Assembly (NCBI GenBank): GCA_943787795.1
Contig: CALSNU010000004.1
Coordinates: 192,001-256,000 of the forward strand
Length of the DNA: 64,000 nt
DNA from: an uncultured bacterium
GTDB taxonomy: Bacteria; Planctomycetota; UBA1135; GCA-002686595
Direction of reading: 5' to 3'
The position numbers and the translations under genes are program-made. Below, in pieces: positions 56,551-64,000 of this stretch. The notes under the pieces were generated by a model that did no database searches, had not been told where the DNA came from, and was given only the letters and a program-made list of their open reading frames with translations. Each line of letters begins with the position of its first letter. Position 1 is the stretch's first letter.

Positions 56551-57360
56551 ATGTCTCTCAATCTCTTCGGCGCGCTAACCGGCCTCTTCGTGGTCGTCTA
56601 CGACGGTCAGCACGCCCTCCGATTCACCCTCGGGCGCGCGCGCGAGGTCGTCGGCCCCGGCATCCACTTCAAGTGGCCGATCATCCAGACGTTCCGCACC
56701 GAAGAGACCAAGCACACCACGCTCGACCTGGAGCCGCAGGTGATCCAGCTCGATGACGACCTGGTGTACGAGGTGGACGCCAAGGTCGTCTACCAGATCG
56801 TCAACCTGCGCAAGGCCCTGATCGAGATCGACGACCTGGTCACGGGCCTTCAGAACCGCGTCGTCATCGCGGTCCAGTCGGTGGTCGCCCGCCAGAGCCG
56901 GGAGACTGTCACCGATGTGGACGCCATGTGCGACGCGATCCGCGCCGAGCTCGAGCCCGTCGAGGACCAGTGGGGCGTGCGCATCCTGAAGTTCGGGTTC
57001 TCCAACATCTCTCCGTCCCCCACGACGCTCGAGATCACGCAGCTCGAGCTGCTGACCCGCGAGAAGCGCCGCCTCTACGGCGACCTCCGCGAGCGCGGGC
57101 TGACCGAGGAGGCCGCCGTCGCCCTGGTCTCTGGCGCCGTGGTGTCGGTGCACCCGGAGGACCCCGGGCCGCTCCGCCGGCCGAGCAGGGCGGCGCGCGA
57201 CGAATCAGTGGCCGCCGTCGAGGAACAGCTGGCCGATACGGAAGCCGAGAAGCTGCGCCGCGAGGTCCGGCGCAAGCAGAACGAGATGGGGAACTCGGAG
57301 GGCTCGATCGAGGACGACGAGGGCGAGGAGCTCACCGGGGAAGGCGACCAGCCCTCCTGA
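56551..57360 (+). CDS. SPFH (band 7/flotillin/stomatin) domain protein
   Basis: ALRFTLGR..VVGPGIHFKWP, TLDLEPQ, VDAKVVYQI, WGVRI. Confidence 0.88.
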   Translation: MSLNLFGALTGLFVVVYDGQHALRFTLGRAREVVGPGIHFKWPIIQTFRTEETKHTTLDLEPQVIQLDDDLVYEVDAKVVYQIVNLRKALIEIDDLVTGLQNRVVIAVQSVVARQSRETVTDVDAMCDAIRAELEPVEDQWGVRILKFGFSNISPSPTTLEITQLELLTREKRRLYGDLRERGLTEEAAVALVSGAVVSVHPEDPGPLRRPSRAARDESVAAVEEQLADTEAEKLRREVRRKQNEMGNSEGSIEDDEGEELTGEGDQPS

Positions 57361-57367
57361 CGACCGC

Positions 57368-58240
57368 GTGTTCCAGTTCCCGTCGATCTCGCCCGACGCG
57401 CTGTACTACATCGGCGCCGTGGTCCTTGCCATCGTCCGCGCCAGCGGCGTGACGGTGAAGAGTGGTAGCACCGGCTTGATCTACACGGTGGGCCGCGTGG
57501 ACCGGCCGGTCCCACGCGGGTTCCGCCCGCTCCTCCCCCTGGTCCGCAAGCTGCCGTTCATGAGCGGCTGCCCACGCCAGGTACTCGAGCCCGGCTTCCA
57601 CCCCATGATCCCGTTCCTCCAGCAGGCGCGGCGGCTCCCCACCCGGTCGCGCACGCTGGACCTCCCCGCCCAGCGTGTCGCCACGCCCGCGGGCCATGTG
57701 TTCGTCGCGGACGCCAACATCGTGTACCGGGTCGTGGACATCCGGAAGGCGCTGATCCAGGTGGACGACGTGGTGCGCGGCATGACCCAGATGCTCACCC
57801 TCGGGGTCCAGGAGGTCCTGCGGTCGGCGCCGATCGAACAGCTCCGGACCGGCGTCGGCCTCGACGAGGCCCTGCGCGCGAACCTGGAGGGCAAGCTCGC
57901 GGCGTGGGGCGTCACGGTGGAGCGCGCCGGCTTCCCGACCATCACGCCCTCCCCCATGACCCTCCGGATCACTCAGCTGGGCCACCAGACCGAGGAGCGC
58001 CAGCGGCAGCTCCGCGCCCTGTTGGACAGCGGCGCAGACGGACCGACCATGGGGGCCCACGCGGGCCTCGGCACGGTGGGCACTCGCCGCTTCTTCAGGA
58101 CGAAGGCGCGGGCACGGAGACGCGATGCCGCCGACCGCCGGGAGCACCTGCGCCTGCGGGCCAGCCTCGAGCGACGCGGCTGGACCGGCGCGGCGATCGA
58201 GGGCGCGCTCCGTCGACTCCGAACAGCCGCTCGCCCCTGA
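57368..58240 (+). CDS. SPFH domain protein (second paralogue)
   Basis: GLIYTVGR, LEPGFHPMIP, TLDLPAQ, ADANIVYRV, WGVTV. Confidence 0.85.
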   Translation: MFQFPSISPDALYYIGAVVLAIVRASGVTVKSGSTGLIYTVGRVDRPVPRGFRPLLPLVRKLPFMSGCPRQVLEPGFHPMIPFLQQARRLPTRSRTLDLPAQRVATPAGHVFVADANIVYRVVDIRKALIQVDDVVRGMTQMLTLGVQEVLRSAPIEQLRTGVGLDEALRANLEGKLAAWGVTVERAGFPTITPSPMTLRITQLGHQTEERQRQLRALLDSGADGPTMGAHAGLGTVGTRRFFRTKARARRRDAADRREHLRLRASLERRGWTGAAIEGALRRLRTAARP

Positions 58241-58268
58241 GGAGAGCCCTCCAGCGCATCGCGCCCTC

Positions 58269-58348
58269 GGGTGTTGCTGGCCCCGGGTGTCGCTGGCCTC
58301 GGGCGTCGCTGGCCCCGGGCGTCGCTGGCCCCGGGCGTCGCTGGCCCT
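58269..58348. repeat. 16-bp tandem repeat (GGGYGTYGCTGGCCYY x5) between convergent genes
   Basis: Five contiguous units read directly; no spacers. Confidence 0.92.
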
Positions 58349-58381
58349 CGCCGACCCCGAGGGCAGATTCGGTTCGACGGG

Positions 58382-59014
58382 TCAGAAGCCGGGGCGAGAC
58401 GCGTACTCCCACTTCCCGACGCGCTTGCCGTTGATGTATCGGCCCCGCTCGGACCAGGCTCCTTCCTCGTCGTAGAGGACCCACTCGCCGGAGCGTTGGC
58501 CGCCGGCGTATTCCCCTTCGCTCGCGAGGCTCCCGTTCTCGTGCCAGGCGCTCCAGGGCCCGGTGCGGACCCCCGCTCGAGCCAGGCCCTCCGACGAGAC
58601 GAACCCGTTGGCGTGCCACCAGGTCATGCGGGTCGGCCGCTCGGGGTCAAAGGTCGTGGCTGAACGCAGGGCGCCGTTCTGCCACCACGACCACCAGGCG
58701 CCGACCGGCTCGCCGAGGTGATAGGAGCGCACCGAGCGGGGCGCTCCGTCGGGATACCAGGTGGAGTGGCGACCATGGTTCGGGCGGCCGCCGTCCGGCA
58801 TGCGCATGTAGCTGCGCTCCTCGAGCGGCGCTCCCGAGACCTGCTGGCCCTGCACCTCGCGCTCGAGGCGGGGCTCTGAGGGGGGCTGCCGCCTCGCGTT
58901 CCGGTCAAAGGCCGAAGCGATCACGCCTGAATAGCGAGGGCCGCAGCTCCCCGCGAGGGCAGCCGTCAGGGCGAGGAGCGCGAGGAGGATCCGGGCGGGA
59001 GAGGAATTCGGCAT
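58382..59014 (-). CDS. MORN-variant repeat lipoprotein (YwqK-like)
   Basis: Lipobox LAGSC; repeats WYPDG, WWQNG, WHANG, WHENG...EGEY..G.R.GEW. Confidence 0.8.
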   Translation of the reverse strand: MPNSSPARILLALLALTAALAGSCGPRYSGVIASAFDRNARRQPPSEPRLEREVQGQQVSGAPLEERSYMRMPDGGRPNHGRHSTWYPDGAPRSVRSYHLGEPVGAWWSWWQNGALRSATTFDPERPTRMTWWHANGFVSSEGLARAGVRTGPWSAWHENGSLASEGEYAGGQRSGEWVLYDEEGAWSERGRYINGKRVGKWEYASRPGF

Positions 59015-59042
59015 GGCCTGGGACGTAGACTTCGGCAATCCC

Positions 59043-60650
59043 ATGATGCCGCGCGACTCCGAAGGCGACGAAATATCCAAGGGCTCCCCTGGCCCAGGGG
59101 AGAATGCTGCCCATGGCCCGAATGGCGGCGGGAGAAATCCTGCCCCCGGAGCACAGGGCGGCATTCCCGACGCGCCGGAGGGGAACCCGACCTTCGACGC
59201 CTCTGCGGCGGACGACGGGACCCAGCGGCCCCTGGCCCAGCTCCCCACGGCGGACTTCTGGGACGTGCTCTACGGGAGACGGTCGATCCGCAAGTTCACC
59301 GAGGACCCGGTGGATCACGAGCTGGTGGATCAGGTCATGCACGCGGGCATCTGGGCGCCCAGCTCCTGCAACTATCAAATGTGGGACCTGGTCGCGGTCA
59401 CAGACCCGGCCGTGAACGCGACGCTCGCGGGGCTCTCGACACAGATGGCCAACGCCCCGGTGAACATCGTCATCAGCTACGGGCGGGACTTCTCGGAGGA
59501 GGCCTGGGCCAACATCCAGTCGGCGTCAGCCCTGATCCAGAACATGAGCCTCGCGGCCCACGCCCTGGGCCTCGGGACCTTCTGGATCACGCAGACCGGC
59601 GGCGCCGAGGAGGTGCGCGAGGTGGTCGGCCTGCCCTACGACCGCATGGTCATCGCCGTACTCGCTCTCGGCCACCCCAAGGTGACGCCCCGCCGCGGCC
59701 CGAAGCGGCGCCCCCTCGATCAGGTCACCCATCGCGACCACTACGCCGGGCGCGTCATCCCGTCGTCGGTGCGCCCCGACGACTGGGCGCCGGACCTGCT
59801 CGCCACCTACCAGCGCGCGAGGGTCCTGAACGGCCTGCGCCATAACAAGCCGCGCGCGTGGGAGCAGCGGGCGGTCAGCGAGGCCCTGGACGCGCTCCTC
59901 CCCGAGGGTGCCGAGCGTCCCCCTGCGGGAGAGGCGGAGGACTCACGTGGCCGTTGGCTCGACGTGCTCCCCTGCACCGGGATCATCACCGCGCGGTTGG
60001 CGGCCGTCCGCAAGGGCTTCCGCTTCGACGTCGCCGAGCGCTCCCTGGAGGTGGCCGAGTTCTGTGCGGGGCGGGTGAGCCCCCGTGGTGCAGCCCTCGC
60101 CTGGCCCGAGGTCGCCGACGGTGCAGATCCCCCCGGCACCGGCACCGGCACCGGTACCGCCCCCGGCCCCGGCACCTACGACGTGGTCTCCTGCCTCTTC
60201 CGGCTCGAGGGGGTCCGCAGCGATCAACGGGCAGCGCTGATACGGGACATGGCAAGCTGGCTGAAGCCCGGGGGCAAGCTCCTGATTGGGTTCGTGTCCA
60301 GCCGCTCGTTCCACCGCTGGACAGAGCGCCTCCGGGCGCGCGGGCGCGGGCCCAAGGGGGTCGAGTACGTCCTGGCCCCCGACCCCAACATTGGCCCCTT
60401 CGAGCCCCTGGCGCCGCAGGAACTCAGCGGGTGGCTCAAGGCCGCTGGGCTCGCGGAGGTGGGCCGCTCGGGGTTGCAGCCCGTCCCCGCACCCGAGGAG
60501 ATCGAGTTCCGGACCCGGAACATGAAGGGCCCCCTCGGGAGGCTGCTCCGCGCAGCGGCGGGCGCCCTTGGGGTGATCGGGTCGCTACCTGGCCTTGGGG
60601 GCAGGTTCGGAAGATTCCAGTTCATCGTCGCCCGCCGACCTCGGGACTAG
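59043..60650 (+). CDS. Nitroreductase-family flavoprotein fused to a degenerate class I SAM-methyltransferase-like domain
   Basis: RRSIRKF, APSSCNYQ, QNMSLAAHALGLGT; C-terminal WLDVLPCTG, YDVVSC, LKPGGKL. Start uncertain (59013, 59043 or later). Confidence 0.8.
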   Translation: MMPRDSEGDEISKGSPGPGENAAHGPNGGGRNPAPGAQGGIPDAPEGNPTFDASAADDGTQRPLAQLPTADFWDVLYGRRSIRKFTEDPVDHELVDQVMHAGIWAPSSCNYQMWDLVAVTDPAVNATLAGLSTQMANAPVNIVISYGRDFSEEAWANIQSASALIQNMSLAAHALGLGTFWITQTGGAEEVREVVGLPYDRMVIAVLALGHPKVTPRRGPKRRPLDQVTHRDHYAGRVIPSSVRPDDWAPDLLATYQRARVLNGLRHNKPRAWEQRAVSEALDALLPEGAERPPAGEAEDSRGRWLDVLPCTGIITARLAAVRKGFRFDVAERSLEVAEFCAGRVSPRGAALAWPEVADGADPPGTGTGTGTAPGPGTYDVVSCLFRLEGVRSDQRAALIRDMASWLKPGGKLLIGFVSSRSFHRWTERLRARGRGPKGVEYVLAPDPNIGPFEPLAPQELSGWLKAAGLAEVGRSGLQPVPAPEEIEFRTRNMKGPLGRLLRAAAGALGVIGSLPGLGGRFGRFQFIVARRPRD

Positions 60651-60714
60651 AGGGCGCGACGGGGACGGGCTCTCTCCTATGATCAGGGAGAACCCGATCC
60701 GACCCGGAGCCCCC

Positions 60715-62022
60715 ATGATCCTCGCCCTCGTCCTCTCCGCGCTCTCCGCGCTCCCGCAGCCCGAGGACCCGCCCCCCACGGCGTTCGTCGGCGCTCGCAT
60801 CCACACGGTCAACGGCCCGCCGATCGAGGACGGGACCCTCATCGTCGTCGGCTCCAAGATCGTGGCGGTCGGGCCGGCCAGTGAGACGGCGGCCCCTGCC
60901 GGAGCGAAGATCATCGACGCCAGCGGCAAGACGATCATCCCCGGACTGATCTGCACCCACAGTCACCTGGGCGGCACGGCTGGCGCGGACGGATCCGGCC
61001 CCATCCAACCCGACGTGCGCGTCTCCGACTCGCTCAACGTGAGGGACTCTGGCTACCGCAGGGCCCTCGCAGGGGGGCTCACCACCCTCAACTGCATGCC
61101 CGGCTCGGGGCACCTGCTCAGCGGCCAGACCGCCTACCTGAAGCTTCGCCCCGCCAACACCATCGAGGACATGTTCATCCTCGACCCGAACGGGGAGCCC
61201 ATGGGCGGGATGAAGATGGCCAACGGCACGAACTCCATGCGGGGCGGGGCCTTCCCCGGCACCCGCGGTCGATCCGCTGCGCTGGTACGAAAGCAGTTCA
61301 TCGCGGCCCAGGAGTACGCGCGCAAGGTCGAGGCCGCGGCCGGCGATCCCGAGAAGATGCCCAACCGCCACATCGGGCTCGAGGCCCTGGGCGAGGTGCT
61401 CTCCGGCAAGCGGATCGTCCACCACCACACCCACCGCCACGACGACATCATCACCGTCCTGCGACTCTCAAAGGAGTTCAACTTCCGGGTCGTGCTGCAC
61501 CACGTGAGTGAGGCCTGGAAGGTGGCCGACGAGATTGCAGCGGCGGGCGCCCCCTGCTCGGTCATCGTGATCGACAGCCCCGGTGGGAAGCTGGAGGCCA
61601 TCGATGTCGCCTTCCGCACGGGCGGTGTGCTCGAGCGCGCCGGCGTCAACGTGGCCTTCCACACCGACGATGGGATCACCGACTCGCGACTCTTCCTCCG
61701 CAGCGCGGCGCTCGCCGTGCGCGCTGGCATGACCCGGGAGGGAGCCCTCCGGGCCTTGACGCTGTCGGGCGCCGAGATGATGGACCTCCAGGACCGCACA
61801 GGCTCACTGGTCCCTGGGAAGGACGCGGACTTCGCGATCCTCGACGGCGACCCGTTCAGCGTCTACACCAAGATCCTCGAGACCTGGGTCGAGGGCGAGC
61901 GCCGGTTTGACCGTTCCGACCCCCAAGACCGGCTCTACGCCGAGGGCGGCTACGGCGCCACCCACGAGCAAGACCCCTACTTCTGCTGCTTCGGCGACGA
62001 CAACCAGGGAGACCAGGACTGA
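60715..62022 (+). CDS. Secreted amidohydrolase family protein (metal ligands intact)
   Basis: IIPGLICTHSH, HHHTH, LHH, HTD, GSLVPGKDAD. Confidence 0.9.
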   Translation: MILALVLSALSALPQPEDPPPTAFVGARIHTVNGPPIEDGTLIVVGSKIVAVGPASETAAPAGAKIIDASGKTIIPGLICTHSHLGGTAGADGSGPIQPDVRVSDSLNVRDSGYRRALAGGLTTLNCMPGSGHLLSGQTAYLKLRPANTIEDMFILDPNGEPMGGMKMANGTNSMRGGAFPGTRGRSAALVRKQFIAAQEYARKVEAAAGDPEKMPNRHIGLEALGEVLSGKRIVHHHTHRHDDIITVLRLSKEFNFRVVLHHVSEAWKVADEIAAAGAPCSVIVIDSPGGKLEAIDVAFRTGGVLERAGVNVAFHTDDGITDSRLFLRSAALAVRAGMTREGALRALTLSGAEMMDLQDRTGSLVPGKDADFAILDGDPFSVYTKILETWVEGERRFDRSDPQDRLYAEGGYGATHEQDPYFCCFGDDNQGDQD

Positions 62023-63281
62023 TGGGACGACACCTCACCTTCACCCTCGGCGCCCTCGCGCTGCTCGCTCCCCTCGCGCCCGCCCAGGTGGCGGTCCGTG
62101 GGGAGGTCATCCATACGCTGGCGGGCCCGCCGCTTGAGAACGGCGTGGTCCTGATCCGTGACGGCAAGATCGCGGAGATTGGCCCCGCGGACGCCGTGCA
62201 GATCCCCGCCGGGTTCGAGGTCCTCGACGCCGCGGTGGTCACCCCTGGCCTCGTGGACGCCCGCTCGGTCGTGGGCGTCGCGGGGTACTACAACCAGAAG
62301 AAGGGGGACCAGGAGCAGCACGAGGATTCGTCCCCGGTCCAGCCCGAGCTGAGAGCCCTTGACGCCTACAACCCTCGCGAGGCGCTCGTCCACTGGGTCT
62401 GTAGCTTCGGGGTGACGACGGTCCAGACGGGCCACGCCCCCCGCGAGCTCGTCCCCGGCCAGCTCTTCATCGTCAAGACCGTCCCCACCACGGCAGACGA
62501 CGCCGCGGTGCGCCCGTTCAGCGCGGTCGCCGCCACCCTCTCGAACGCCGCCAAGCGGTCGGACAAGTCCTCGCCGGGGACCCGGGCCAAGATGATGTCC
62601 ATGCTCCGCTCGAAGCTGATCGAGGCGCAGGAGTATGCGTCCAAGCGAGACGCGGCCGAGGAGGACAACCTCCCCCCGCGGGACCTCGCCCTGGAGGCGA
62701 TGTGCGCGGTCCTCGACGGCGATGTGCCGATGATCGTGACCGCACACCGCGCCCAGGACATCGCCTCCGCCCTCCGGCTCGGGCGCGAGTTCAACTTCAA
62801 GCTCATCCTGGACGGGGCGAGCGAGGCGTACCTCATGCTCGATGAGATCAAGGGCGCGGGCGTCCCGATCATCCTTCACCCGTCCATGAAGCGAGCCTCG
62901 GGCGACGCAGAGAACCTCTCCTTCGAGACGGCGGCGCGGCTCGAACAGGCCGGCATCCCCTTCTCGATCAAGAGTGGCTTCGAGTCCTACGTACCGAAGA
63001 CCCGGGTGATCCTCTTCGAGGCGGCCATCGCCGCGAGCCATGGGCTGGGCTTCGATGCGGCGCTGCGCTCGGTGACCATCGACGCGGCGCGAATCCTCGG
63101 TGTGGAAGATCGCGTGGGCAGCCTCGAGGTGGGCAAGGACGGAGACCTCGCGCTCTACGACGGGGACCCCTTCGAGTACACGTCCCACTGCGTCGGGACG
63201 GTCATCGAGGGCGCCGTCGTCGCCCGAGGCGAGCGGGGCCAATCCGCCGGGACACCCGTCGGTCCGAACAAGAAGCGCTAG
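62022..63281 (+). CDS. Secreted amidohydrolase family protein (metal ligands degenerate)
   Basis: PGLVDARS in place of HxH, GSLEVGKDGD; translationally coupled to the upstream paralogue. Confidence 0.88.
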   Translation: MGRHLTFTLGALALLAPLAPAQVAVRGEVIHTLAGPPLENGVVLIRDGKIAEIGPADAVQIPAGFEVLDAAVVTPGLVDARSVVGVAGYYNQKKGDQEQHEDSSPVQPELRALDAYNPREALVHWVCSFGVTTVQTGHAPRELVPGQLFIVKTVPTTADDAAVRPFSAVAATLSNAAKRSDKSSPGTRAKMMSMLRSKLIEAQEYASKRDAAEEDNLPPRDLALEAMCAVLDGDVPMIVTAHRAQDIASALRLGREFNFKLILDGASEAYLMLDEIKGAGVPIILHPSMKRASGDAENLSFETAARLEQAGIPFSIKSGFESYVPKTRVILFEAAIAASHGLGFDAALRSVTIDAARILGVEDRVGSLEVGKDGDLALYDGDPFEYTSHCVGTVIEGAVVARGERGQSAGTPVGPNKKR

Positions 63282-63300
63282 GCCTGGGAGCCCTCGCCGT

Positions 63301-63975
63301 TCAGGCGGGGGACGCGAGGTCCGGTCCGCGGCGTCGGGCGAGCAGGAACCGCTCGGCCCATCGCCGCGCTGGCGCCTTCCGCTGGACCTCGACGTCCTCG
63401 ATAGCCTCGGCTCGCGTGCCGAGGACTCGCAGGAGGTCCGCGCTACTCATCCCGTGGGGAGGCCCCCCTTCCGACTCGGGCTTGCCGAAGGGGAAGACCA
63501 GCGCCGCGTAGAGTCCTCCTGGGAGAAGCAGCTCGCCGGCACGCGCACCCCAGGGGCCGCGGTCCGCGGGATCGATGGCGCAGAAGAAGGTGTGATCCCA
63601 GATCAGGTCGAAGGGCTCGTCCTCGAAGTCGAGGGCATCCCCCTCGACGAATCGGCCGCCAAGCCGCGCGAGCGCCGCCCCGAGGTCTCCCCCCACCAAC
63701 CCCACGAGGTCCAGCGCCACGACCGTCCAGCCGCGCCGCGCGAGTGCGAGCGCGTCGTGCCCCCGCCCCGCGCCGGGAACGAGCGCGCGAGCGCCGTCCC
63801 TGGGCGGAGCCAGGGATCCCCCGGAGAGCCTCCGACTGAGCTCAGGGTGCGCGCCGCCGAGATCCCAGGGCGTCTGCCCGGATCGATAGCAATCGGCCCA
63901 GTCCACCGGGCCAGGGACCTCGCCGCCGACTCCGTCCGCAGGAAAGGCAGGGCCATCTTCGCTGGGTGTCACCAT
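63301..63975 (-). CDS. Thiopurine/thiol S-methyltransferase (TPMT) family
   Basis: W...Y..GQTPWD, LVPGAGRGHD, FDLIWDHTFFCAI, GGPPHG. Confidence 0.9.
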   Translation of the reverse strand: MVTPSEDGPAFPADGVGGEVPGPVDWADCYRSGQTPWDLGGAHPELSRRLSGGSLAPPRDGARALVPGAGRGHDALALARRGWTVVALDLVGLVGGDLGAALARLGGRFVEGDALDFEDEPFDLIWDHTFFCAIDPADRGPWGARAGELLLPGGLYAALVFPFGKPESEGGPPHGMSSADLLRVLGTRAEAIEDVEVQRKAPARRWAERFLLARRRGPDLASPA

Positions 63976-64000
63976 CCCGCGAGGATCCGCGAAGTCCGCG

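Noticed and set aside
58269..58348. Repeat arrays (also at 7720, 16699, 45946 and 49183) as CRISPR arrays
   Set aside because: Units are 7-18 bp, contiguous and without unique spacers; no cas genes are in the window.
58382..59014. YwqK-like protein as the antitoxin of a toxin-antitoxin or polymorphic toxin system
   Set aside because: MORN-variant repeats are generic, the protein has a lipoprotein signal, and no adjacent toxin gene is visible.
1..64000. Mobile elements, prophage or anti-phage defence island
   Set aside because: No transposase, integrase, phage structural or known defence motifs were recognised; composition looks uniform throughout.

Overview
Very GC-rich (roughly 70% by eye) bacterial chromosomal DNA with about 48 tightly packed genes. 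It is most consistent with a Planctomycetota-type genome (DUF1592/DUF1552 cytochrome pair, TIGR02999-like ECF remnant, carboxypeptidase-regulatory-domain proteins); this taxonomy is an inference. I found no rRNA, tRNA, CRISPR, prophage or IS element. Most genes are housekeeping or metabolic: pgi, a cysteine desulfurase, a three-gene biotin-dependent carboxylase, nth-cyaY, rlmD, trmL, PTS enzyme I, a Tex paralogue and a stand-alone fusA. The most interesting observations are: (1) an HMG-CoA-reductase-fold enzyme that keeps its catalytic residues but has a rewired HMG-binding pocket, divergently paired with two SPFH/flotillin-like genes; (2) an unannotated ~150-nt rod-like RNA hairpin with a central bubble (6S-RNA-like) at 49285-49432; (3) a strong leaderless-promoter signature, TANNNT 6-7 nt before the ATG in at least 8 genes; (4) a bacterial four-repeat Myb/SANT-like protein with its own extended -10 promoter; (5) photolyase-renalase and nitroreductase-methyltransferase fusions; (6) unrelated short tandem repeats recurring at gene 3' ends and convergent junctions. 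All family calls come from motifs recognised by eye, not from database searches.
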